A stretch of DNA of 64,000 nucleotides, taken from Candidatus Bathyarchaeota archaeon. GTDB taxonomy: Archaea > Thermoproteota > Bathyarchaeia > Bathyarchaeales > Bathycorpusculaceae. The translations under genes and the position numbers were made by a program. Below, piece after piece: positions 41,159-51,600 of the stretch (position 1 is its first letter; every line of letters starts with the position of its first letter). The stretch covers positions 1,312,001 through 1,376,000 of the forward strand of contig CAWEPZ010000011.1 of the NCBI GenBank assembly GCA_963811105.1. Direction: 5' to 3'. The notes under the pieces were generated by a model. The model did not search any database. It was not told the DNA's origin and worked only from the letters and a program-made list of their open reading frames with translations.

Positions 41159-42400
41159 TCAGTTAGTATCAGTCGATTTTTTGTGGACAGCTTGCTTAGA
41201 ATAGTCAACCAAGCGGCTGAAACGATTGTCATCGGCAAACACATCTTTGATGAGGTTTCGTGAAATTTCTAACCTGATTTTCTTAGTTCTGCCATACCTG
41301 CCCATGCTTACTACCCTAGCGTTAACAAGACCCATCGAATCAAGCTCGTTAATCAGGGTGCCTAAACGGCGTTGTGTTAGAAGCCCAGAACCCATTTCTC
41401 CACAAAGTTCATTGTAGACATCGTATATTTCGCCTGTAGTTGAACTTGGCTTGTTTATGTGATAAACGCTGAGTAGTACTAATTTTGAGTGTAGAGTTAA
41501 GTTTTTGAGAGCGTCCACCACTCGGTTGTGCTCAATGTGTTTTTCTGCTTGACGCACATGCTCTTCTGTAATCACCTTAGCGCCTTGTCGTTCAGCGACT
41601 TCCCCGGCAACACGCAACAAATCCAAAGCTCTCCTAGCGTCGCCATGCTCCGCAGCGGCCAAAGCCGAGCAAATACTTAGAGCAGAATCAGACAGAGCGC
41701 CATCTTGGAAAGATAGTTTTGATCTTTCGAGGAGAATGTTTCGCAGTTCAGGTGCATCATATGGTCTAAAAACTAGTTCTTCCTCGCTAAGTGAACTGAA
41801 TACTCTAGGATCCAAAAACTCCTTTAATCGCAGGTCGTTTGATATGCCGATTATCGAAACTTTGCTTTTGCTTAGAGTTTCATTAATTCTAGTCAATTCA
41901 TACATGAAAGCGTCCCCTTTGTCTTTTATTAAGGCGTCAATTTCGTCGAGAACTATTATGAAGATTATTCTGGAAGCATCTAAACTAGTTCGGAACCTAT
42001 CAAAAACTTCACCCACTGATAAACCTGTGAAGGGAATAGCCATGCCTAGGTTTTGACTTAAACTCGCGAAAACACGATATTCAGACCCCGTCATCCGGCA
42101 GTTTATGTAACAAAATCTTACTTGCGCGCCATATTCTTTGGCTTTAGACTCTAGATGGCTTAAAACGTATTTTGTTACAGCTGTTTTTCCAGTTCCAGTT
42201 TTTCCGTAAATAAAAATGTTAGAGCATCGTGCATCTTTGAGAACTGGAGCAACAGTCTGTCCTAACAATTTTATTTGGTCTTCTCTATGGGGTAATCTTT
42301 CTGGAAGGTAATCATGCCTTAAGACTTCTCTATCTTTAAACAGCTTAATTCCGTTAACGAAACTTTCGAATACGTCATCTAGTGCATTTGGATTTCCCAT
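41159..42400 (-). CDS. cdc6: Orc1/Cdc6 replication initiator
   Basis: GKTGTGKT, VLDEID, HGDARRALDLL, C-terminal wHTH with SMGRYGRT. Confidence 0.97.
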   Translation of the reverse strand: MGNPNALDDVFESFVNGIKLFKDREVLRHDYLPERLPHREDQIKLLGQTVAPVLKDARCSNIFIYGKTGTGKTAVTKYVLSHLESKAKEYGAQVRFCYINCRMTGSEYRVFASLSQNLGMAIPFTGLSVGEVFDRFRTSLDASRIIFIIVLDEIDALIKDKGDAFMYELTRINETLSKSKVSIIGISNDLRLKEFLDPRVFSSLSEEELVFRPYDAPELRNILLERSKLSFQDGALSDSALSICSALAAAEHGDARRALDLLRVAGEVAERQGAKVITEEHVRQAEKHIEHNRVVDALKNLTLHSKLVLLSVYHINKPSSTTGEIYDVYNELCGEMGSGLLTQRRLGTLINELDSMGLVNARVVSMGRYGRTKKIRLEISRNLIKDVFADDNRFSRLVDYSKQAVHKKSTDTN

Positions 42401-42427
42401 ATATTCATCCCCATATTCCCAGAGGTA

Positions 42428-43013
42428 GCACCGTTATTTCGTGTGGAACAGATAAAGCATACAGTACAAAAAACTGGTTCTATAGCACAATAATTCTAAA
42501 AAACCATGGAAAGAGAAGATAATAAGTAAGCTAACTAAGAGCAAGACACACCCCAAAGTTTCTACTGGAGAAAAATTGAGGATTACCGCAAAAACCACTT
42601 ATTACAATTAACCTAAATATACTCTAAGTACTTAATAATAATTTTATATATTAATAATTATTATTCAAAAATTTAGATAAAAAAACTGCAAATGTTTTTC
42701 CAGCATTTTCTTAGCTTCTTTTTGCCTGAAGACTTCGAGAGGAAACATAGGGGTGCCTCTCCTAACTGATTGCAACGACAAATTCTTAAAAATAAGCTGC
42801 GATTAATCCCTTTTTAACCATAAACTTTCCAAGATTTAGTACCTGAAATCTTTAATGTTCTCTTTAATATTTTTGCCAATTTTTGGTTCACAAAATTGTG
42901 AATACATGTGAATTGGCATTAATTTTGTAGCTTATTTAGTTCCCATTTCTTTTAAATTACCTTGTTCTTGTCTCTTGACAGTGAATGAGGCACCCCTACG
43001 CTTCTACTGGAAA
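42428..43013. other. chromosomal replication origin (oriC): four ORB elements and an AT-rich DUE
   Basis: ORBs at 42428-42449 (-) GTTCCACACGAAATAACGGTGC, 42547-42570 (-) CTCCAGTAGAAACTTTGGGGTGTG, 42733-42758 (+) CTTCGAGAGGAAACATAGGGGTGCCT and 42988-43013 (-) TTTCCAGTAGAAGCGTAGGGGTGCCT; AT-rich tract at about 42600-42690 between the inverted ORB2/ORB3; directly upstream of cdc6. Confidence 0.9.
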
Positions 43014-43186
43014 AGCGAAAGCAGGCAGTAACAGCAATTTTCTTGCTGTTCTGATTTCTTGTGAAGTCGGTTATAGTGAACAGAATGATAATTGTGCCGA
43101 TTCTTATGAAATAAGCTTGCTATTTAGCTTTACAGTTTTCCTATTTCACCATAACAGCTATAAGCTGTGAAGTGTAAACCTGTGAA
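42887..43186. repeat. TGTGAA/TTCACA motif cluster
   Basis: Palindrome TTCACA-AAAT-TGTGAA 42887-42902; more TGTGAA at 42907, 43060, 43166 and 43181. Confidence 0.6.
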
Positions 43187-43207
43187 CACCGCCTAAGGTG
43201 CACATTG

Positions 43208-43636
43208 ATGCCAGCTCGTAAAATACGTGTGGAGCTGTTCGATAGCGATGGCAATCGATACACTATTGCTTTTGAGGGACAAGTGACGCGCGATAAAGCT
43301 TTACGGCTTTTAGATCTTGTCGAATTACTAGGCGGAGTACCGGGTGAGGAATCAAATTCAGGAATAATGTCTTCTTTGCCGAATCGTGTTCTTACACGCT
43401 TCGAGAAGGTTCAGCTTGTGATTCAGAAAAGTTTTCCATTAATTTGGTTCTCTTCAAAAGATATTCAGTCAATTTATGAGCAGGACCTTAAAGAACCAGT
43501 TAGCCTTAGCACAGTTTCCACTTATCTTTCGAGGATGGCAACCAAAGGGCTGCTTTTAAGGACAGGTGGCTCAAACAATTTAAGATATAAAACCATAAAC
43601 ATTCCTCAAGCTACAATTAAACAAAGCACAAAGTAG
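43208..43636 (+). CDS. origin-adjacent winged-HTH protein
   Basis: AAGGTG SD; small N-terminal beta domain; C-terminal FSSKDIQSIYEQ...LSTVSTYLSRMATKGLL wHTH pattern. Confidence 0.85.
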   Translation: MPARKIRVELFDSDGNRYTIAFEGQVTRDKALRLLDLVELLGGVPGEESNSGIMSSLPNRVLTRFEKVQLVIQKSFPLIWFSSKDIQSIYEQDLKEPVSLSTVSTYLSRMATKGLLLRTGGSNNLRYKTINIPQATIKQSTK

Positions 43637-43690
43637 ATTGCTTTACTATGTTGCGAAGCATTGGCCATCCATTTACGTTTCCGTATCCGA

Positions 43691-44425
43691 TTAGGTTGGC
43701 TGGCTGTTTTCCGGCTTCCTTAATAGTTTTTCCATTTCTTTCTTTATGCTATATCTGAATGGTATTTTACCTATTTCTCTTTCCAAGTAGCCCTTTTCAT
43801 AAAGTTTCTTCATTAGTCTTGCCGTGTGTTCCCTGCTAAGATGCACTCTGTCTTTAATTTCAGGTGCTGTCTTTGGACCCTCTGAAGATAACATTTCCAA
43901 TACTGCAATTTCGGTATCTGTTAATGCAGCCATTGCTTTATCACGTTTGATTGGCATGACGGGTTCAATTTTAATTTCAGGGGCAGCAACAAACTTTTGA
44001 ATTTGTTCTTCAAAACCTATAACTTTAACTCTCAACGTTTCCTGCGAACCTTCAATATCTTTAATTTTAGATTCCAAACCCGTTAAACTCGAAAGAATAG
44101 TCGTCATGCTATTGGATAAGTCAAGTTTACCTTGAGAAAAAGAGTTAACTTGATCCCCTATTGGCGCCATCTTCTTTTCAACGGCTTCTATTTTTTTGAG
44201 GCTTGTGTCAACTTTAGCCGAGTTTCCTTCAACTTCAAATGCTATTAGCTCTATTCTGTCTGCATCACGCCTAAGCTCTCTGTTAAAACTTAATACAATA
44301 TCCTCCACAATATTCTTCGATTTCTCATATTCTTTCTGTGCTCTACGTACTATTCTATAATACTCAACTGATGATGCAACAGTCACAACGAGCAAGGAAC
44401 CTAATAGGATATCTATAAAGTCAAT
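43691..44425 (-). CDS. N-terminal TM, coiled coil and C-terminal winged-HTH protein
   Basis: Hydrophobic IDFIDILLGSLLVVTVASSV (frame open to 44446, possible ATT start at 44425); heptad-rich middle; LTDTEIAVLEML...TAPEI...LSREHTARLMKKLYEKGYL MarR/TrmB-like wHTH. Confidence 0.85.
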   Translation of the reverse strand: MDFIDILLGSLLVVTVASSVEYYRIVRRAQKEYEKSKNIVEDIVLSFNRELRRDADRIELIAFEVEGNSAKVDTSLKKIEAVEKKMAPIGDQVNSFSQGKLDLSNSMTTILSSLTGLESKIKDIEGSQETLRVKVIGFEEQIQKFVAAPEIKIEPVMPIKRDKAMAALTDTEIAVLEMLSSEGPKTAPEIKDRVHLSREHTARLMKKLYEKGYLEREIGKIPFRYSIKKEMEKLLRKPENSQPT

Positions 44426-44716
44426 CGTGATTTTCGCCCCTGTGATTCATGCGTGATACGATGCGTTGCATCACACATCACAGTTCCCATGGACTTTTTA
44501 AGGTTTGCGGTGACATCAATTCACGTTAGCCATGATATCACACATCACATCAATAAACATTTTATTTGACCTATAAGAATGAGCCTTCTGATACTCTTTG
44601 ATTTAGGCTTATTTTGTAAATTGAAGCTCATATATGACATACCAACTATCGTGTTTGATGCTTCCAATTCATGGTAATGAACAGACCGATTATAGTGTGA
44701 TTTGTGACATCACAAA
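44426..44716. repeat. GTGAT/ATCAC motif array
   Basis: ATCACACATCACA exact direct repeat at 44470-44482 and 44537-44549; GTGAT at 44427, 44442, 44453 and 44697; inverted repeat TTTGTGA-CA-TCACAAA 44701-44716. Confidence 0.7.
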
Positions 44717-45189
44717 CTCTCATCCGATGGGCTGGAAAGTCGTTTTAAGCTTGTTTCAAGCTCCTCTCGAATGATTTCTATGACCTTTACACGGTCTTTT
44801 AGCTCTCCTTCCCTTTCAGGTATATCGTGGTGTGCCTCCACATATTCGTGCAATTTATTGGCTATTTCGAGATACGGGTCAAGAGTTGTACTGTCGAACA
44901 CACCTAAATAGCCAAGAAGTAGTACTGTATAAATGGATTTTATTACGTTTTCTTTAGACTGTCTTAACGTCCTATTAAAGGCTCCGCGGCTTATTTTAGC
45001 CTTGGTTAGCCGCAAATTGGCTTTTTCATCATATTTAAGCTGTTTGCCTGCCATGCTCTCAGCTAAAACGTCAATTAACAATGTTTCAAGCTGTGTTTTT
45101 GTTAATTGGCTATTTTTTGAGAGTATTTTCACAATGGGGTCGCTTAAAGCTCTATTTAGCCAAGCTTGAACACTGTCTTTAAGCTTCAA
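44710..45189 (-). CDS. HTH-domain protein (sigma70-r4/Tfx-like), probable TTG start at 45189
   Basis: LTKTQLETL...YDEKANLR...ISRGAFNRTLRQS HTH-like pattern; GGAG upstream of the TTG. Confidence 0.8.
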   Translation of the reverse strand: MKLKDSVQAWLNRALSDPIVKILSKNSQLTKTQLETLLIDVLAESMAGKQLKYDEKANLRLTKAKISRGAFNRTLRQSKENVIKSIYTVLLLGYLGVFDSTTLDPYLEIANKLHEYVEAHHDIPEREGELKDRVKVIEIIREELETSLKRLSSPSDESL

Positions 45190-45578
45190 ATCGCTCGGTT
45201 CTCCGTTATACAGAATGGATACGGTTTTGTATACTGACCCTATGTTTTTAAGCCTTTTCCAAGCAAATATCACTCTTTCACAAGTAATTAAAACCTGTTG
45301 CCTTTGTCAGAGACGGAAAAGAGGGTAGAATCTGATTCCTTTCAGCCTTTGGGCAGAGAAGAGGCCGATTTACAATTATCTATCAAACGCATTGAACCTC
45401 CACACATGACCTTCGTAAAGACTTTAAATAAATAGTTAAACTTCAGCAAGCTATTTTACCTTCTATGATATTACGTTAGTGTAGTTTTCTTGATATATGG
45501 CTTTAAACAAACTTTTTGAGGTTTAATGCTATTCTTTTGCTTTAAATAATGAAGCAGGATTCATTAATATCATAGTTT

Positions 45579-45670
45579 TGTGATATCACTTGTCACGGAA
45601 AAATCACGGTAATTCATTAGAAAAACCTTGATATCACAGTTTTGTGACCAACTTGTGATCCTTATGTGAT
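45579..45670. repeat. GTGAT/ATCAC motif array
   Basis: Palindrome GTGATATCAC 45580-45589; TGTCAC 45591; ATCAC 45603; TGATATCACA 45629-45638; TGTGAC 45643; TGTGAT 45654 and 45665. Confidence 0.7.
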
Positions 45671-45692
45671 ATGAGTTTTTATGCAGTGGTAT

Positions 45693-46526
45693 TCAAAGTT
45701 GCTCCGAGTACTCTTTTAGTTTATCATAGAGTTCAGGTCGTAAATCCCTTAATGTTGGAATGAAAGTCTCTGCGGTTCTAAGATCGTTGTAGTCCACTTC
45801 ACAAATTAGAAAGTCCTCTTCATCGTATTTACCTTTGGCAAGGACATCTCCATTAGGGTTGACCAGCCTGCTACCTCCCCAGAACTGCAAGCCATCCTGA
45901 ACCCCGGCAAGATTAACGTAGGCTACATACGTTGTATTTTCTATCGCTCTGGCACAAGTTAAAGTTTCAAAATAGCTCCTACGCACTGCAGGAGATGCTG
46001 ATATACAGACGATTAATTGTGCACCCTTCAAGCGCGTGAGCCTGAGCACTTCTGGGAAAAATATGTCATAGCAAATGCATAGACCAATGCTACCAATACT
46101 CGTTTGGAAAGAGGCTACTTCATATCCTGGACGGAAATACCTTTTTTCTTCAAACACGCTATGGGTTGGCAAAAACATTTTACGGTATTTACCAATAAAC
46201 CCTTGAGGTCCGACAAAGACAGCTGTATTAAAGACAGTTGCCTTGGTTTTCTGGCTTAACTCAGGCATTCCAAAAATAATATGCATCCCAGTTCTCTTTG
46301 CTAGAGACTCTACTCTTTCAACTGTTGGTCCAGGCACAGTTTCTGCCAACTCATAGAATTGATCTCTTATCAAATAACCTGTTAATGCCATTTCAGGAAA
46401 AATAGCTAGATCTGCTCCCTGCTCCTTAGCTTTTAAAGTTAAGTTCTCAATTTTCTGCAGATTTGCCTCTTTTTTTTCTCGTTTACTGCTTATTTGGGCA
46501 AGTGCAAGTATGATCCTATCTTTCAT
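45693..46526 (-). CDS. carbon-nitrogen hydrolase (nitrilase superfamily), possible glutaminase partner of NadE
   Basis: Glu-Lys-Cys triad: FPEM, YRKMFLP, ICYDIFFPE. Confidence 0.92.
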   Translation of the reverse strand: MKDRIILALAQISSKREKKEANLQKIENLTLKAKEQGADLAIFPEMALTGYLIRDQFYELAETVPGPTVERVESLAKRTGMHIIFGMPELSQKTKATVFNTAVFVGPQGFIGKYRKMFLPTHSVFEEKRYFRPGYEVASFQTSIGSIGLCICYDIFFPEVLRLTRLKGAQLIVCISASPAVRRSYFETLTCARAIENTTYVAYVNLAGVQDGLQFWGGSRLVNPNGDVLAKGKYDEEDFLICEVDYNDLRTAETFIPTLRDLRPELYDKLKEYSEQL

Positions 46527-46539
46527 CTTTTTTCCCACT

Positions 46540-47433
46540 TTAATAGGCATGCCTTGGAAGCCTAAAATCATTTCCTACGGTTCGGAAGCCAATTTTAGGC
46601 GCAAGTGGCATTCGTCTTTTGTGCTCATTTGCGAGCCACCTATTTTTAACTTTGTCAACAATAGGCATCTTAATGCTTAGTTGGTAGGCAATTTCTTGAG
46701 TGGTCATAAACCGCTCTAATCCATAAAGAATCAGGTCCAAAGTTTCGTACTTAATGCCTAACTCGTTCTCTGCCATCTGGTTAGGCCAAAGAGCCGGTGT
46801 TGACGGTTTTAATGCAAGCGCTTCTGGGATTCCTAGATGGAGTGCAAGTTTCCGAACCTGAGTTTTGTATAAATCCATGATTGGGGTAATGTCTGCGGCG
46901 GCGTCTCCCCATTTGGTGAAGTAACCCATCATTGTTTCTGACTTGTCTGAGCTTCCGCAAACGATTCGGTTAAGTTTGTTGGCATAATAATAGAGGTAAA
47001 TCATTCGTGTTCTCGCTTTAATATTTCCTTTGCAAAGCCTGTTTGAAGACTCAAAAACTGGAATTGACTTGTATATGGCTTCTAATGAAGTTGACATGTC
47101 GCAGATTTGGGTTTTGAGTTTGAATTTGTCAGCGACTAATTTTGCATCATCAATATCTTTTTGGCTGAAGTTTTCTTCTTCTGGAAGCATAAGACCTATT
47201 ACGTTATCTCCTCCTATAGCGAGGCTTGAAAGTGCTGCAGTTGTTCCGCTGTCGATTCCTCCAGATAGTCCTAGCACAATTCCTTTTGCCCCTGCATTTT
47301 CAACGTATTCTTTAATGAAACGGCTAATTCTTTTTTCGGCTTCAGAAAAATCTATGTTTAACACAGAGGGCGTTAAATTCACTTGGCTCACGAGCTTCAT
47401 ATTCTTGGTTTGTAGGCAAGTATTTAAGGACAA
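46540..47433 (-). CDS. nadE: NAD+ synthetase (single domain)
   Basis: GLSGGIDS, GNIKARTRM, GYFTKWGD, KPSTPALW, EHKRRMP; true start probably slightly downstream. Confidence 0.95.
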   Translation of the reverse strand: MSLNTCLQTKNMKLVSQVNLTPSVLNIDFSEAEKRISRFIKEYVENAGAKGIVLGLSGGIDSGTTAALSSLAIGGDNVIGLMLPEEENFSQKDIDDAKLVADKFKLKTQICDMSTSLEAIYKSIPVFESSNRLCKGNIKARTRMIYLYYYANKLNRIVCGSSDKSETMMGYFTKWGDAAADITPIMDLYKTQVRKLALHLGIPEALALKPSTPALWPNQMAENELGIKYETLDLILYGLERFMTTQEIAYQLSIKMPIVDKVKNRWLANEHKRRMPLAPKIGFRTVGNDFRLPRHAY

Positions 47434-47480
47434 GGATAAATATTAAATGAACATTACCATCGTTTAGAAGGTTGTTATGA

Positions 47481-47747
47481 TTGGGGCGAAGAAGGAAGAA
47501 AGTTGTTCATATTCCTAAGAAACGTTTACCTAAGTTCTTCTCTTGCCCTAGATGTGGAAAAGAAACAATAAAAGTTGAAATATTCAGAGATGATGGTCAT
47601 GCCCTTGCGCAATGCAGTAGCTGCGGTCTTAAGGAAGAATTTCCAATTAGACCTGCTCAGGGCGAAGTCGACATTTACTGCATGCTAACTGACCGAGTTT
47701 ATGGTTCCACGAAAAGAACGCCTGTAACAAACGTTAAAAAAGAGTAA
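47481..47747 (+). CDS. elf1: transcription elongation factor Elf1
   Basis: MGRRRKK...LPKFFSCPRCG...CSSCG...VDIYC. Confidence 0.9.
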   Translation: MGRRRKKVVHIPKKRLPKFFSCPRCGKETIKVEIFRDDGHALAQCSSCGLKEEFPIRPAQGEVDIYCMLTDRVYGSTKRTPVTNVKKE

Positions 47748-47763
47748 TCGAAGGATATTTGCC

Positions 47764-48516
47764 ATGCAAGGGCCTACAGAAAAGTACTTACTTGAGAAAA
47801 TAAAAACCGAAGGTTCCATCCACTTAACTCTGATAGACCCCGAAGAAGTATCAGTTACTCAAGCTTCTCGGATTGCTGAAAACTCTCAAAAAAGTGGAAC
47901 AGCAGCCATAATGATTGGAGGCTCAACTTTTGCATCTCAAGCTCACCTTGATGACGTGGTAAAAGCCATCAAGTTTTCAGTAAGAATTCCTACAATATTA
48001 TTTCCAAATAATATAACTGGTATAAGCAGTTATGCAGATGCTATATGGTTCATGTCGCTTCTGAATTCTGTGGATCCCTATTTTCTTATGGGCGCTCAAA
48101 TTCTTGGAGCCCCTCTAGTCAAAAAGTATGGCATAGAACCGATTTCTATGGGCTATATAATTGTTGGTGAAGGTGGCACTGCAGGCATTGTCGGGAAAGC
48201 GATTTCAGTGCCTTATACTAAGCCTGAACTTGCAGCTGCTCATGCCCTTGCTGGTCAATATCTTGGGATGCGCTTCATTTATTTGGAAGGCGGTTCTGGC
48301 GCCACAAATCCAGTGCCGCCTGAAATGATTCGAGCAGTCAAACATTTGCTTGATATTCCGCTTATCGTAGGTGGCGGAATTAGAACTAAAGAGCAAGCTT
48401 TAGCTGCAGTATCTGCAGGAGCCGACATAATCGTTACTGGTAACGTTACAGAAAATAATGATGCAAAACAACGGATTACTGAAATCGTTGAAGCAATAAG
48501 AAGCATTAAGGCTTAA
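47764..48516 (+). CDS. geranylgeranylglyceryl phosphate synthase (group II)
   Basis: HLTLIDP, IMIGGS, YLEGGSGA, LIVGGGIR, IVTGN. Confidence 0.93.
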   Translation: MQGPTEKYLLEKIKTEGSIHLTLIDPEEVSVTQASRIAENSQKSGTAAIMIGGSTFASQAHLDDVVKAIKFSVRIPTILFPNNITGISSYADAIWFMSLLNSVDPYFLMGAQILGAPLVKKYGIEPISMGYIIVGEGGTAGIVGKAISVPYTKPELAAAHALAGQYLGMRFIYLEGGSGATNPVPPEMIRAVKHLLDIPLIVGGGIRTKEQALAAVSAGADIIVTGNVTENNDAKQRITEIVEAIRSIKA

Positions 48517-48605
48517 TGCTATCTATTTTTGCTCGCCATTTCTGTTTGTTTTCTAGAAAGCCAAAATAACCTATTACTCTATATCTTGTCAAGGGAAGTT
48601 GCGCT

Positions 48606-51600
48606 TTGAACATCAGCAAAGGCTATCAAAAATACGTGGAAACAATGGAAAACACGCTGAAGCAATTGTATGCCATAAGCGACAGCGCAAGGTCAGAAGG
48701 CTTGGATCCAGCTTTAAAAACAGAATGCATTATCGCTCAAGACATTGCTGACTTAGTTGAAGGCCTTGTGGGTCCAAAGGAAGTGGCACACAGCATCAGG
48801 GAATTGAGCACTAAAATTCAGAGAGAAGAAATCGCTTTTAAAGTTGCTGAAGAAATTGTTTTAGGCAAATTCGGTTCTCTGGATCCTGAAAGGGCTGCTG
48901 AACAGGCGATTCGGACTGCTCTTGCTATTTTCACTGAAGGTTTAACCGCAGCGCCAATACAGGGCATAGCTCAGGTCAAAATAAAAACTAATGCTGACCG
49001 AACCCGCTATTTGGCTATTTATTTTGCTGGACCGATACGTTCGGCAGGTGGAACAGACCAAGCTTTGACGCTTGTCGTGGGTGATTTCGTTCGCAAGCAG
49101 TTAGGTTTAGATAGATATAAGCCGACAGATGAAGAGGTTTCTCGTTTTATCGAGGAATTAAGGTTATATGAGCGGTCTGTTGGCCGTTTTCAATATCACA
49201 TTCCCGATGAAGAATTAAAAAAGGCGCTTAATCTAATTCCAGTCGAATGCACTGGTACAGAATCCGATCCCGTGGAAGTTTCCTCGTACAGGAACCTGCC
49301 TAGGGTAGAAACTAACCGTGTAAGGGGTGGAGCGCTCCGAGTAGTTAATGATGGCATCGTTGGACGGGCACAAAAAGTCTATGTAATTATTGACAAAATT
49401 GGTTTCCAAGGTTGGGATTGGTTAAGAGATTTCAAAAAGAAATCTGAAAAGAAATCGGGCGGCTTTATGGATGATGTTATTGCTGGGCGACCAATTTTCG
49501 CTTTCCCTTCAAGGCGTGGGGGCTTCAGGTTAAGGTATGGTAGATCACGGAATACGGGTTTATCAGCAGTCGGTATTCATCCTGCTACAATGTATGTGCT
49601 TGAAAGTTTTCTTGCGGCTGGAACCCAAATGCGTTTGGAGCTTCCAGGAAAAGGCTGTGTTACCCTCCCTGTGGATAGTATTGAGCCCCCTGTTGTTCTG
49701 CTAAAGGATAACTCAGTTGTCAAGGTAACCCTTGAAAATTTTAGTGAAGTTAAAGGCAAAATTCAAAAAATTCTTTTCTTAGGTGACATTCTAATTAGTT
49801 TTGGCGACTTTCTTTACTCTAACAAAACTCTTCCACCATCGGGATACGTTGAAGAATGGTGGGCTAAAGACCTTCAGGTTGCGCTTAATGAGAAATTTGG
49901 GTTAGATTACCAGAAAGCAGCAGAGACCATTAAAGTTTCTTTTGAAAGCCTCCTAGGGTTCTTGAATAATCCTTTTAGCAATAAGCCTACATTTAAAGAA
50001 GCTCTGCTTCTAAGCCAGTATTTAGCTGTTCCTTTACACCCGAATTTTACATTCTTTTGGTCTAGCTTATCCTCTGTCCAAGAGCTTGAGATTCTGCAAC
50101 AATGGTTGGCCTCTTGCAAAGTTCATACTGAAGGAGATCTCGTTTTCAAGATTTCAGGCCAAAACAATGAAGAGGCGGTAAAGTTACTTAGGCGAATTCT
50201 GGCGCCACATAAGCTTGCTGATAACAAGGTTTTGCTTGAAGGTCAAGACGCTGCCGCTTTGGCTTATTGTCTTGGTTACAATGGTACAAAAACAGTTGAT
50301 TGCGTTGCGGCTCCTAATGTATTGGCTGCAGTTAGTTTGATTTCTGGAGTGCAAATTAAAGATAAAGCCCCAACCTTTGTTGGCGGTCGCATGGGAAGAC
50401 CCGAGAAGGCTAAACATAGGGAAATGAAGCCTCTTGTACACGTCCTTTTTCCAGTGTCCCTGGCAGGTGGCACACATAGGGATCTTTTAGAGGCGGCAAA
50501 ACAAGGTCCTGTGTTTGTCCAGATGGTTAAGAGGAAGTGTCCTAACTGCAAAAACTTCACTTCAAAGGTAAAATGCTCCGTTTGTGGCTGTGATACAATT
50601 ACAGAAAAAAGTTGTCCCCGTTGCGGTAGGACTCTTAAGGATATTAGTTGTCCAACTTGTAAAACAGACGCTGTTCAATATCAGCGACAACCAGTGAACT
50701 TCAAAGAAATGGTTGATACCGCATGTAAGTTACTATGTTATCCTCCTCCAAAAATGCTGAGGGGTGTTAAAGGCTTAACCAACCTCGATAAAACTCCTGA
50801 AATTGTGGAAAAAGGGATTTTGCGAGCTAAATATGGTTTATCGGTTTATAAAGATGGTACAATTCGCTTTGATGCCACAAATGCTCCGTTAACCCATTTT
50901 ACGCCAATTGAGATCGGAGTATCGGTTGAAAAAATAAGGCAGCTAGGCTACTGTTGCGATACGCACGGAGTAAAACTTACTGATTCCACACAGGTTTGTG
51001 AGTTAAAAGTTCAAGACATTGTTATTCCGTGGAAAGCAGGAGAATACTTTATTCAAATAGCAGCTTTCATCGACGATTTGCTTGTAAGAGTTTACAAACT
51101 TCCAGCTTACTATAACGTTAAGAGACCTGAGGATCTTGTTGGCCATTTAGTTTTTGGTTTAGCTCCCCACACTTGCGCTTGCATTTTAGGGCGTGTGGTC
51201 GGTTATACAGACCGTAACGTGATTTATGCTCATCCTATTTGGCACTCAGCTAAACGCAGAGACTGTGACGGTGACGAAGATGCTATCATGCTGGCTTTGG
51301 ATACACTTCTAAACTTTTCCCGAGTGTTCTTGCCAGCCCAAATAGGGGGAATCATGGACGCTCCAATCCTCTTAATTCCTTTTGTTAACACCAAGGAAGT
51401 ACAAAGGCAAGCCCATGATTTTGACGTTGACGCAACTTACCCACTTGAGTTTTACCAGAAAACCTGCGATAAGGGAGAGGCTAGAATCGTTAGCTCAATA
51501 ATGGATGTCATCAGTCACAGGCTTGGAACAGAAGCACAGTTTGAAGGCTTCCAATACACCACTCCTGTGACGAACATTAACCTCGGCAACGCTAACAGCT

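Noticed and set aside
42985-43170. 61-aa ORF in the origin region
   Set aside because: Overlaps ORB4 and the TGTGAA cluster; composition is not protein-like
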